Below are positions 12,401 to 25,051 of a DNA stretch of 64,000 nt, piece by piece. The stretch spans positions 3,968,001 through 4,032,000 of the forward strand of contig OZ024749.1 in the NCBI GenBank assembly GCA_964016885.1. Reading direction: 5' to 3'. The notes below the pieces were generated by a model, which was not told the origin of the DNA, made no database searches, and saw nothing but the letters and a program-made list of their open reading frames with translations. This stretch comes from Eledone cirrhosa (taxonomy: Eukaryota). The translations under genes and the position numbers were made by a program. The first letter of the stretch is position 1. Each line of letters opens with the position of its first letter.

Positions 12401-12898
12401 GCAAATAGACCTGATATAATATTGAAGGACTTTCAAAGGAGGGTATGCCTGCTAATTGATATGTCTGTTCCAATAGACAAGAATGTATCTATAAAAACAT
12501 TTGAAAAATTGAGCAAGTATAAGGACCTGGAGATAGAAATTGGAAAAATGTGGAAATTGAGAACTAAAACAATACCAGTGGTTGTAGGCGCTCTGGGAAT
12601 GATACCTAAGGGGTCTAACGACTACTTATCGCAAATCCAAGGAAACCCGCGTATAGGAGAAATACAAAAGATAGTACTAATGGGAACTGCCCATATACTA
12701 AGGAAGATTCTGTCAATATAAGTACATCACAAGTCTAAACACTAGGGATGCATGTGTGAATATGTATGTTCTTTCTTGAACATGGCAGACCTTGTTGTCT
12801 CTTGAGGTCACTGGTTGTGACTTGGTGATAACTCGTATGAACATAAAGCAAGATAAATGCAAATAATAATAATAATAATAATAATAATAGTAATAATA
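9491..12898 (+). mobile_element. Near full-length but inactivated R4/Dong-clade element, family B
   Basis: ORF pieces from 9505 to 12721 give an R4-type N-terminus, KSPGKD, YRPITCL, FYMDDLKLF, CCHC and RLE; several stops and frameshifts; internal RT deletion near 10900; (TAA)n tail 12863-12898; begins in the tail of the family A element. Confidence 0.92.
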
Positions 12899-12902
12899 AC
12901 AG

Positions 12903-12970
12903 AGAAGAAGAAGAAGAAGAAGAAGAAGAAGAAGAAGAAGAAGAAGAAGAAGAAGAAGAAGAAGAAGAAG
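12903..12970 (+). repeat. (GAA)n microsatellite
   Basis: Direct reading. Confidence 0.97.
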
Positions 12971-13506
12971 GCATAACATTAGTAATACTAAAAATAATAA
13001 GATGTAAAATAATAATGTTAATAACAGTGAAGTATAGGTGCGTATTTTCGGATTGTTAATCAAATAAAGCAAACGAGTCTCATTCGCTATTGCGATCAAG
13101 TCTAAACAGTGTTTACTGCCTGCAATTATCATTAGTAAAATATTCGACAGTTGTCATTTAATAAAAAAAAAAAAAAAAAAAAAATCTAACAAATAAATAG
13201 CATAGAAGAGATAAATCACTAAATAACATTTAAAAAAAACTCTTCCGAACCATACGGAACTTCAATTAGAAGAAGAACTCACGAAAATCTTGGCATATAA
13301 TAAGAATTATTATACTAGAACTAAAAATAATCTTAACACTAATAACTGTAAAGTAATGATAATGATGGTAAAGGTAATAACAATAGTAAGAGTTGTGGTA
13401 GAAATGATAATAATATTAATAATTGTAATGGTAATAATAATAGTAATGATGATATTAAATAAAATAATGATAATATTAACAACATAAAAATAATAGAAAT
13501 AATAAT

Positions 13507-13840
13507 AATTGTTTCTACATTTGGCACAAGGCCAGGAATTATGCCAGTGTATTATTGGTACTTTATTTTATCGACCTCTAAAGGATGAAAGGCAAAGTTA
13601 ACCTCGGCGGGATTTGAACTCAGACTGTAAATGGCCGTAACTCTTTGCTGCAAAGCATGGCGTCCGACTCTCTACCAATACTGCCTAGTAATAGTTGTTT
13701 CTACTTTAGTCACCAGGCCAGCAATAACCCAGTACATTACTGGTACTTTATTTTATCGACCCCATAAGGATGAAATGCAAAGTTAACCTCGGTGGGATTT
13801 GAACTCAGACAATAAAGGGACGTAACTCTTTGCTGAAAAG
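13507..13840 (-). mobile_element. Two tandem tRNA-derived SINE copies (Nin/Deu-like central domain)
   Basis: Minus strand has B box gagttcaaatccc, then gccgaggttaactttgcctttcatcc..gtcgataaaataaagtacca and a ...tagaaacaattatt tail. Confidence 0.85.
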
Positions 13841-14529
13841 CAGTAATAATGGTTTAATTTATTGTCTACGAGGACCCATAACATTTGGAGTAATAAAAAA
13901 CAAAAAACAACACCACATTGTCGGAGTAATGATTGTAATAACAGTAATAACAATAGTAAAAAGTTATACTAATGTTAATAATAATAACAATGACATTATG
14001 AATAATAATATGAAATATATATAATGGCGACAATAATATCAATGATGATGATGACAGTGATAATGATAGCTGTGTTAAAACAAATATGTTCGTTAATACC
14101 AAATGAATTAAAATAGCGTAAAGACAATTGTAACAGAAATTTTAATAAATTCTTTTTATATTTCTACCAATTCGATATAACCTATATTCCATACTCTCTT
14201 CCAATTAAGAACCAAAATACCTAAATGATAGATACTAGTTTGATTTGACCCAGTTATAACTATGTTTTGTAGTTAATGTATTTTGGTGAGGAACATCATT
14301 AAGACACAATCAATATTTTCAAACTATTTATTTCTTCAGAAACTTGTTATTCTTGAGAAGACATAAAATCGTATCAGTTTTCACAACTGTATGATATCCA
14401 CACACACACACGTACACAGGCACGCCTCTCTCTCTCTATATATATATATATTTATATATGAGAGTATTGAAGTTTGCTTGAAGCATTGTGGAATAATAAG
14501 GTAAATTTCTTTAAGTCGATACTTGAATG

Positions 14530-15215
14530 GATGTTAGGACATTGGATAGAATGATTTATGGTATTCGTTCTGGCACTCTTCTGTCTGAGTCCAAATTCCG
14601 CTGAGGTTACCTTTGCCTTTCATCCTTTTGATGTCGATAAAAAAGGTACAAGTCTAGTACTCGGGTCGATTCTTATTCTATATATCTATCTCATTTCTTC
14701 TCCCTCACTTTCTATCTTTCTCCGGAAGTAATCTGCTGTACTCAGGCCTGAAAATGGATGGGCTCCGCCAGGCTTCCAGTGCCCAATAAATGACGTATTG
14801 ATATACGTTACGGGAACATACATATTGATTGGTACTTTATTTTATCAACTACAGAATTAGGAATTCCAACGTTGAGCTGAGCGGGATTTTAACTCTGAGA
14901 AGGAAGAAGTTCGTAACACGAAGCAGAAATTCATTTGGTCCGGAGCTCTAAAGGAGCTCTGTCAATACACAGCCTTTGTTGAGCAGATTATAGTAATCCT
15001 TTCTCATTACGGCACAAGGTAAACTACGTTAGTAGAAAAGGGACGTCGATTAAATCAACCCCAATGTTTTAGAGGTAGTTTATTTTATCGAACCCGTAAG
15101 TAGGAAATGCAAAGCTAATCTAGACAGAATTTGAACTCAGAATATAAAAGGCTGCAAGTACATGCTGCAAACTATGTTGTTTAATACTGATAATGACCAT
15201 TTTACCGCCCTTGGA
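14530..15215. mobile_element. Three diverged copies of the same SINE (one +, two -)
   Basis: gaggttacctttgcctttcatcc at about 14603 (+); ggtactttattttatc..aactc at about 14830 and about 15075 (-). Confidence 0.65.
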
Positions 15216-16087
15216 CAAATCATAATAATATAACAGGCTCGAAATTTGAACGGAGAGTTATTTTTCATGTAATATTTAGATATGTACATTAATATTAGTA
15301 AGAAGTGTAAAAGTAAAATATTTTAGTTTAGAATATCGTTTGGCTTACTTTGTATTAATAGAAATAGATTTCACTTTCGATAAAGTTGTCAGAAATATCG
15401 ATCCTAGATATTCCCCTATCAGTGTTAAACACAGAGATGCAGAAATCTTATATATAAATAAGAATCACCTGAAATTTGATTACAATGACATATGTAAATT
15501 ATTCGGAAACATGATGGAAAATATCTAGATATCTATTTGCACGAAGGGTCAGAAAGTTATGATAGTGATGCCCTGTTACGAACAGAGTTACAGTGTTTGC
15601 GAAATGTATCTTTAAGTTATATAGAAGTTATAGATCCTGAAAGACATAACACAGCCGCAGAGACGAATCATGGCTATCTGATGTTCGGAGTGCAGCAAAG
15701 GTTAACGGAGAATCGTATTAGAGGAATGCTAACATAAATCGGTAGTGAAAGATTATCAAACAAGTAGAGGGAAAACTGGAGTACGAATATATCACGTACT
15801 GTGATTGATGCCCGAGGTGAAATAAAGAAATAAACACATCTTTCTTATATAGATAATTGAATAAAGGAATAAATATTACAGACTATGCAAGATATGATTT
15901 CCCTGGCTAACATAGAGAGATTGTATAACAACTGAAATTCTTTAGACATATTCTACGTCTCTTTAAAAAGCGACTAATGCCGGCATATATATGCGAACCC
16001 TAATATATGCTGATTAACACGCTCAGATTTTGCCCAGATTCGACTCTAAAATCTCACGCCTGTAATTATTTGTGCCCAATGATTAGC

Positions 16088-16200
<113 letters not shown>

Positions 16201-16288
16201 AAGTTATATTTAAAATTGTTGGGTTACAACTAGTAAATATTTATAATTGATATAAAAGCACTCGACAAATACTTGGAGTATATTTAAT

Positions 16289-16363
<75 letters not shown>

Positions 16364-16459
16364 AGGGAGTGTTACTTGGACCTACTGTAGGCACTGGATG
16401 TAGGCACTGGATGTTTAGGTTCACTTCAGTGTCGAGGTGTAGAGATAGGTAGAGTGTAT

Positions 16460-16726
16460 TATAGTGAAATAAAATAACAGGGACGATTGTTTACTACTTC
16501 ATTACGTTTATTGGTTGGTGATGAGCGTTTCGCCACTGTTCAGTTCATGCTTTGATCTGTATCGATCTGACCGACTCGATCTGACCCGATATCGATCCGC
16601 GGTTCGTCAGACACTTTGTAATGGTAATGGAAAAATGAATATACCATGAATATATTGATGGCGAAACGCGCGTCACCAAACAATAAACGTAATGAAGGAG
16701 TAACCAATCGTCCTTGCTACTTTATT

Positions 16727-16734
<8 letters not shown>
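16460..16734. mobile_element. Short element with about 75-bp terminal inverted repeats and hammerhead motifs (Penelope pLTR-like)
   Basis: Arms 16460-16535 and 16659-16734; GAAA-CGCGCG-TC at 16663-16674 (+); CTGACGA...GAAAC on the minus strand (16610-16527); same family as 48245-48512 and 60195-60310. Confidence 0.75.
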
Positions 16735-16787
<53 letters not shown>

Positions 16788-16965
16788 CGTTTCTCAATTT
16801 GCTGGCAACATGACCCTCCCAAAGCATAACAGTATATATATATATATATATATATATAAATGTGAGGCCTAAAATCCAAAGAGGCCTCGATAAGGATAAA
16901 TATATATCAAATATAGAAGAACCCTAGAGGAAATATTTTAATAAATAAATACATATATATACACA

Positions 16966-17006
<41 letters not shown>

Positions 17007-17296
17007 CGATAAATTAACTGAGCCATAGACTCTCGCTATTCCCTGTAAATAATCTGCTCAAAGGAGAAGAAATCCTGAGCTCTTTAAAATACAATATGTT
17101 GAAAGTTAACACACTAGAGAGAGATACAGTGCGCTATCAATGAAACAGGGAAAAAACCACCAGTGTATGGAATCCATAACCTATGAAAGGCAGAGTAGAC
17201 ACACGATAATCAAAAATATTAATTAATGTGTAAATACATTTGAGCACATTATTGACAGGGAATAGCGAGATTCTATGGATCTGTTAATTTATCGTG
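17007..17296. mobile_element. MITE-like element with about 55-bp imperfect terminal inverted repeats
   Basis: acgataaattaac..ccataga.tctcgctattccctgt.aataat.tgctcaaa is mirrored at 17239-17296. Confidence 0.7.
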
Positions 17297-17340
17297 ATAT
17301 TTGGCTTCTTATAACAGTCTTTTCTCTCTGTCTGTTTGCT

Positions 17341-18921
17341 TTAGTACACCTCTCTGAGTGATAGGCCTGGGAGTGGAAAAACCTCCACAGGCGTTAGTTT
17401 TGGTTGTGGCGTGGTGGATGGTGTAGGCGCTGGTGCTAGTTCTGAAGCGTTGGGTGGTGGTGGTGTTGGTTTTGCTACTGTTGCTGGGGTTGTTGCTGTT
17501 ATAGTTGCTTCTCTTGTTGTTGCTACAGTTGTTGTTGCCATCTCTGCTACTGGTGGTGTTGATGGTTGTGTCAGTGGGGTGGGTAGGAGAGGTGGCCTCA
17601 ACCTTTTAGCCTGAGGGCAGAAATCCCTTAGGTGGATTCCTTCACCACAAAAACACACCTAGGCCTTCTGCCCTCGACAATTACGGTGAGGTGGCTTCCG
17701 TCAGTGATGTCTATTACCTCTGGGATCTCCTCAATGCTTTTTTGGTCCGCTTGGATCAGGAGCTCCATCCCAGATCTGGACCAGTACTCTTGCTTTTCTT
17801 TTGCTATTGCTATTATCTTTGTGTTGGCTTCGATGCCGGCGAGGACGGCCGCTATTAGCCAGGGAATTTCGATGGCCGGTGGCACGTGGGTCACCCTGAT
17901 CTTTACGAGTCTCTGGCCACAATAGCTTGGGACGAGTATGAAGTCGTCACTTCTTAATGGGGCCATGGAGTGTTCGCTAGCCTCCTCTGGTGTTTCAAAG
18001 AACACGCCCACGGTTCCATACTTCTGCCCACGTCTGATGTGGGTTTTTCTTGCCCACACATGTCCCAAAGCTTTTTGGATTTGGGACTCGGATGCACGTT
18101 CCACTCGGCGCGATTTTACATTTATTGTTCGATACGACACAGTGCATAGGCGCCGATGCTCCATTTTATTAGGTGTGTGTGTAGCGGGGAGGGGGGGGGG
18201 GCTGACTCTGAACCCATCTTTCTTTACCATTTGTTTGGCATTTTCTAATTCCTGCTGAGTTACCGTATATGCTTCGCACTGTTTTGCTACTCTGGCAAAA
18301 CTCAGGGTGGTGTTTTTAATGTCATTGTTGTTGTTGTTGCTATCGTTATTTTTGTTATTATTAATTTTAGTTTCAGTTGTGGTGGTGGTGACGTCAGTGA
18401 AGTTCGGTTTGGGAGAGTCCATTTTGGTTGAAAATATTTCGACACCACGAGTTGATTTATTTTTTTCTTTTGTTTCTGTTGTCGCGGTGGTGGTGGAGGT
18501 GATGGTTGTCGCGGTGGTGGCGGCTTTAACACCTGCAGTCATTGGTAATGGCGGGAAATGAATGTCTGCCTGAGACAAATTTAAAATATTGCTAGTGCTT
18601 AAATTGTGTGTGTTGTCAGACGTAGTATCATTTACAATGGTGGTGTCGGTGCGAGGTGTTAATTTGTGAGAAAGGCTTTCAGCTGATTGGTGCAGTGGTG
18701 AATTAGTCATCTTTTTTTCAAAGAAATTTTTTGATAATCATAAAAGTTTAAATTTTGGGCACAAGGCCCCAATCTTTTTCGGTGTCCTTTTCGGAAAACA
18801 ATGTATGTGAGCTTATATATAGTTAACAATAAAAAATGTCCATAAATGGCAATTTAAAAAAAAACGGAAATAACAAACCTTTGCGGAGCTCACGATAATA
18901 CGATTTACTACGTAGGTCGCC
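17341..18921 (-). mobile_element. 5' UTR and ORF1 of a Tx1/L1-like non-LTR element, 3'-truncated
   Basis: 360-aa ORF 17628-18710 ends IPEVIDITDGSHLTVIVEGRRPRC; a 1-nt frameshift continues as FCGEGIHLRDFCP, giving a CX2CX4HX4C gag knuckle and a Pro/Thr-rich tail; 5' end abuts (TAA)n 18922-18982. Confidence 0.78.
17628..18710 (-). pseudogene. ORF1 (gag-like, CCHC) of a Tx1/L1-like element, frameshifted in the knuckle
   Basis: SFARVAK motif, RRM-like middle (YGTVGVFFETPEEA), knuckle split between ORFs 17628-18710 and 17341-17658. Confidence 0.72.
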
Positions 18922-18982
<61 letters not shown>

Positions 18983-19384
18983 GGTAAGGAAACGCACATG
19001 GTGGATATATATCGTTATGGAATCGCTCCCGTAAGTTTTTTATTTTTACTTATTTAAAACAACTGTGATAGAATAATTCTTATTACAAATGAAGTATCAG
19101 ATTACAGTTTTAACGCTCTGGAAGCCATAACGCATCAACTTACGGCATAGGGCCCCAATATTTAATATTTAATTTTGGATCAGAAATGTTATAGTCGAAA
19201 AAGAGGAAAATGGCAAAATGGCTAAATAGCTAAATGGCTAAGTGGACAGACAGGCAAATAATTTAACCACCACCACCACGACCGCCACCATCACCACTAC
19301 CACGCCAAAAACTCTAGTCAAGTACCTCAACTTCTATTTCTACTTCAACTTCAACACCATCACTACAGTACTACGATCACATCA

Positions 19385-19527
19385 CCACCACCACTGCCTC
19401 ATTATCGCTACCGCCGCTATTCTCTCCCACTAACTCCTGCTAAGTACTACTAGCCGAGCACCACCACCACCACCACTGCCTCATTATCAATACCGCCGCT
19501 ATTCTCTCCCACTACCTCCTGCTAAGA
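19385..19527 (+). repeat. Local duplication of about 60 bp
   Basis: caccaccactgcctcattatc..taccgccgctattctctcccacta.ctcctgctaag occurs twice. Confidence 0.85.
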
Positions 19528-19899
19528 CATACATCGTAGTGTCCCCACAAAAAGAGGAAGGCATCAAAAGATATAAATAGACTGATTTGATGACCCGGTC
19601 AAAAAATCTAATTCAAAAGAGCACAGCAACAACGAAAAACGTAAAGAAAAGAAAAATGAAAAGAAAAACAAACAGACAGACAGAGAAGGAAAAAAAATCT
19701 AAGTCAGACATTCAAACATTACATTAACAATGAAACATGTGCTTATTCTTCTTGGTTTTTTTTTTTACCTATTTGTTTATTTGATTATTTATGTTCATCT
19801 ACAGCGTGATAGTGCCACGCGTGACTATCTCCCCCTCCGCCTTTTGGGATTCTTTCTCACGTCGTGTAGACGCGTTCTTGAAGCTAGTAAAATGAGGTA

Positions 19900-19989
19900 T
19901 CCTCTTGATAAGTCGGCAGACCTCGCAAGGACTCTATATCTTTATGATGTATTGTTTTTGTTTATGCCACGAAACTACGTAGTCGAGGA
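19900..19989 (+). ncRNA. Type I hammerhead ribozyme candidate, U3-A8 core variant
   Basis: Stem I TCCTC/GAGGA; core TTGATAA 19905-19911; stem II GT(C)GGCA/TGCCAC; GAAA 19971-19974; palindromic stem III CTACGTAG; GUC site at 19984. Confidence 0.72.
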
Positions 19990-20492
19990 ATCTAGGAACA
20001 GTTTAGGTATGATACATTTTATTACTAATTATATCTCAATGTTTCTTCTCTCTTCATAATGTATTTTTAACTCTGATACTGGTCCAGTCTAATTCAACCG
20101 GATTGGTCTGTCCCAGTCATTCATTGTGCAACATCGGTAAGGTTGGCACCATTAATTCACGGTTGGGTGTGGATGCATTCATGTATATGTGTGTGTCCGC
20201 ATGTATCTGTGTGTTTCTAAATATATTGTTCATAACTCCCTCTGGTCGAGTAATCTTTGAAGTGTGGTGACTGCTGGAAAGCTGCCATTACTCATACTTC
20301 TCGTCTCCTTCACCATCTCTTCTACGGCTTCGATATAAATACCCCCTCCGCCTCCGTGGTATTTTCGTCGGGGTTATAAGAGGCTTAGCTCTGTTTCTCG
20401 ACCGTTATATCGCGTGACTATCTCCCCCTCCGCCTTTTGGGATTCTTTCTCACGTCGTGTAGACGCGTTCTTGAAGCTAGTAAAACGAGGTA

Positions 20493-20582
20493 TCCTCTTG
20501 ATAAGTCGGTAGACCTCGCAAGGACTCTATATCTTTATGATGTATTGTTTTTGTTTATGCCACGAAACTACGTAGTCGAGGA
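20493..20582 (+). ncRNA. Second copy of the U3-A8 type I hammerhead candidate
   Basis: Same architecture; TTGATAA 20498-20504; GAAA 20564-20567; GUC site at 20577; one stem II C>T leaves a G-U pair. Confidence 0.72.
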
Positions 20583-20815
20583 ATTTAGGAACAGTTTAGG
20601 TATGATACATTTTATTACTAATTATATCTAAATGTTTCTTCTCTCTTCATAATGTATTTTTAACTCAGATACTGGTCCAGTCTAATTCAACCGGATTGGT
20701 CTGTCCCAGTCATTCATTGAGCAACATCGGTAAGGTTGGCACCATTAACTCACGGTTGGGTATGGATGCATTCATGTATATGTGTGTCCGCATGTATCTG
20801 TGTGTTTCTAAATAT

Positions 20816-20858
<43 letters not shown>

Positions 20859-20999
20859 CAAAAATCATGGACTCACTTTGTTTGCTAACATAATATATAT
20901 ATATATATTTTTTTTTTTTTTATCGATCGACTTTCGTCAAATCGGACCGAGGAAACAATGTTTTCGTCGGTCTTTCCAGTTGCTAATACTATCTATCGG

Positions 21000-21590
<591 letters not shown>

Positions 21591-21854
21591 ACATATATAT
21601 AGTTTATCATAAATCTTTCGTTGCACATCTGCAACATCGTCAGTGGTGTTATCGTTTCCTCCTGTTGTATTATATGTCTACGCCAATTTTATTCAGTCTG
21701 TCTATATATTTATTTATTTATTTGCTTGTTTGTTTATTTTATTTTGTCTTCTTTGCGCATGCGTTTGCGTGTGTGTAGTGTTTTGTTTGCTGTGTGATGG
21801 GTGACTAGTGTGTGTGTTATGTGCTTGTTGTTATTGTTATTGTGTTTGTGTATG

Positions 21855-21890
<36 letters not shown>

Positions 21891-21892
21891 GC

Positions 21893-22099
21893 AACGAGTA
21901 GGACCCCGTCGGCTGAGCTCAAGCCGTTTCGACGGGTAATTCTGGACTAAAATCATGCTTTTAGTCCAGAATTAGCCGTCGAAACGGCTTGAGCTTAGCC
22001 GTCGGGGTCCTACTCGTTCCTATTACCCACTCTATTACCCTAAGTATTGAGTACTTTGGTGCGTTATGGTCCATCTGGCTCCTTACAACATTTCCTTCG

Positions 22100-22100
<1 letters not shown>
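21893..22100 (+). mobile_element. Short repeat with a 60-bp-arm fold-back centred on hammerhead stem II
   Basis: Arms 21893-21952 and 21959-22018, loop tcatgc; GAAA-CGGCT..AGCCG-TC-GGGGTC at 21981-22009; 3' body shared with 27655-27780, 29583-29682 and 48929-49100. Confidence 0.8.
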
Positions 22101-22151
<51 letters not shown>

Positions 22152-22179
22152 TATATATATATATATATATATATATACA

Positions 22180-22242
<63 letters not shown>

Positions 22243-22245
<3 letters not shown>

Positions 22246-22418
22246 GTTTCTACTTTAGGCACAAGGCCAGCAATTAACCAGTGCATTACTGGTACTTTAT
22301 TTTATCGACCCCGTAAGGATGAACGGCAAAGTCAATCTCGGCGGGATTTGAACTCAGATCGTAAAGGGACGTAACTATGCTGGGAAGCATGGCGTCCGAC
22401 CCTTTACCGATACTGCCA
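22243..22418 (-). mobile_element. Near-complete tRNA-derived SINE
   Basis: A box tggcagtatcgg, B box gagttcaaatccc, central domain, tail ...tagaaacaatta. Confidence 0.9.
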
Positions 22419-24529
22419 TACAAAAAAAGATGGACTCACTTTGTTTTCCTAACATCAATGAAACCATTTACACATCAAGTCTCACATATCTGAGCAGCAA
22501 TCGATTACAGAATCGGGACCAATTGTGATCAACGGCACTTTGAGGTGCCCGATATGTAACACTGGCCATGTGTGAATAAAAATTGTACTCATACGATGCA
22601 ATCTTCATAGTTTGTCTAGCCTGCCTGTTATGTGTAAATGTGTGTGAGAGAGAAAGAAACAGAGAAAAACAGAGAGAGCGGAAAATGTGTATAGCTTTAC
22701 TATTCTCGGGTTAATATTTTCCTTATTCTTCAACATAATTAAATGGAAGCTTGACTCGTTGTGTTCGTATAACTGAATGTATATCTAAATGAAAGAATGG
22801 TTAGAAGACAATTTGTCGTAGCACACATCTGCTATATTTCTCTGGCCGACATAATCATTTCTTATACAGCAATTGCTTCGAATGTTTTTTATGTTCCTCG
22901 TACGATGTTCAATGCCTTTGAGATGTATTTTCGTGATGCTTCTGTTTGTTGTAACATCCTTGGTTCAATGAATTAACTTATTAACATCAAAACCATTCAT
23001 AAAAGTGTGATCAGCAATATTAACTTGTAGTTAAGGCTATATGGATATGTACGCATATCATTATGGTGATTCGCACAGCAATAGACGACTGCTCTAGTTG
23101 TTTATAGCAACGGAAATGTCTGCTTATTTAATTCATGTGTAAGTGGTTGAACATTCCACAAAACCGTGTGCTATTAACGTAATTCTCAGGGAGATTCAGC
23201 ATCAGAGTTTATGTGACAAGGCTGGTTCTTTGATATAAATTACACTCCATCTGATAGGTCGCCAAAAATATTCCCTCTACCACATTTCACTCACAAGTTA
23301 TTGGTCGAGCCAAGTCTATGTTATATATATGTATGGTCCCGTAATTCCTGATATAGTCGCACGGACGCTGTATTAATATAGGGCGTATCTTGGGCATGTG
23401 AAGGCTGGCCGAGCCCATCCCTCTTCAAACCTCACAGTTTCAGCCTACCTCTCCCAGAGAAAGATATAAAGTGACAGAGGAAATGATAAATAGATATAGA
23501 GAAAGTATCATCTCCAGTACGTGACTGCTACTTTTTTATCGACCTCGAAAGGATTAAAGACAAGGTTGACCTTGGTGGGGTTTGAACTCCTATATCAATA
23601 CGACGCCCCTATGACTCTATCAGGAGTTACGGGACCATACAATCCATACCATTTATTATTGACGATTAAGAAGTTCATTTACCTGTCTGATGTCATTGCT
23701 TCAATCACGTTGCATGGTCTCTCTAATAGGTTTTCTTTTCATACTTCGAGTCTATCCACACCATGTGTTCGAAACTTGTTACATAGAAATCGTATAGAAA
23801 CCTATCGAGTGGAATATGCATTGTCACCCTTCTTCCACTTGGAAATAATGTGAAGGTTACACGTGTCCGTTGACAATACAACTATATCCACTTTAAGTCA
23901 AATGCCGGGCGTTGACATGATCTGACAGCTGAAGGCTCATCGTGGAAATCAACGGGGGATCTATCATCACAAATTCAGCATCATCTGCTAGAGTGTTTAC
24001 TTCTATTTAGTCATCCGAACAATCATCCATACAGCGGTTAAGATGTTGAACAAGTTACAAATATAATTCTCAGTTCAGTTTTACACTAAAACGATTAGCA
24101 TTTCAACTTTGCAAATGTAAAACCATGATTCGAGTTAATTCAGCTTGATAACATGTCTTTCAGTAACTACCAGGATATCATGTTAAGCTAACTGATAATT
24201 TCTACATAAATTGGCTGTAATATTAACGCTCAATAAAGCGATAATTAATACAATCATGTATAGAATTTCTCGTGGTGAAAAACACAAGTGACATGGCGTA
24301 GTGTGGGAAAAAATCTTCAATTCCAATACATGAATGTGAAACATGTAGTTAAAGATGCGTCTAGAAAATTGAAATTGAATTCAGATTACAATGAAAATGA
24401 CATGGAATGTAAACAGGTAGTAAGGCTACGGACAGCTCAAGCGAACGTAAATAATAATCAACATCAACTGTATATATATATATATAAATATGTGTGTCTA
24501 AATAAGTGTGTGTATATATATAGTAATAA

Positions 24530-24720
24530 TAAATGTGAAGACTGAATCAGAAGTGGGCTCGATAAAGATTGTATATAAATAAAATGTATATAAACCCGTA
24601 GAGAAAATATATATTGTAAGATTAAAGTTTAAGTGCTTTCACCCTTAACGAGATCTTCTGGAGATCACGTTAAGCGTAAAAGCAGCGATTCTTTGCTTAA
24701 ACATTAATATGTTCTTATAA
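24530..24720. mobile_element. Dispersed short repeat with an internal fold-back; related to 16858-16945, 30810-30880 and 32280-32430
   Basis: gctttcacccttaacg...cgttaagcgtaaaagc palindrome; gaaagcag.gatt.tttgcttaaac shared among copies. Confidence 0.65.
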
Positions 24721-24723
24721 TAC

Positions 24724-24749
<26 letters not shown>

Positions 24750-24754
<5 letters not shown>

Positions 24755-24860
24755 TTACATGAAACAAAGTCATGTTTAAATCATTTAATTGCTTATAATT
24801 GGAAGAAACAATTGTAAGCAAATAAATGATTTAAACAGAAATTTGTTTCATGTAATCTCT
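24750..24860. repeat. Imperfect palindrome (about 52-bp arms) turning at a hammerhead 3' half
   Basis: agagattacatgaaacaaa.. / ..tttgtttcatgtaatctct; GAAA-CAATTG-TA at 24805-24816. Confidence 0.75.
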
Positions 24861-25051
24861 ATATAACTGCTCTGTACAACAACTGATGTTGTTACATTGA
24901 GCTATTTATCTTACTGGTAATAAGATAGTAATAAATTACTCTCTTTCACTATTTAGGGTATACTATATATATAATTATAAAAGGTTTTAGTATATACATA
25001 ACCATAAATAGTATCCTTAATACTATATATATATAGAGAGAGAGAGACAGA

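Larger units (their letters stand above)
19818..20820 (+). mobile_element. Tandem repeat, 593-bp period (about 1.7 units), one hammerhead per unit; retrozyme or Penelope pLTR-like
   Basis: 19818-20229 is repeated nearly identically at 20411-20820; ends in (TA)n; no credible ORF. Confidence 0.8.

Noticed and set aside
15330-15790. Possible Penelope RT and RTE remnants
   Set aside because: Only vague motif resemblance; too decayed to support without a profile search.
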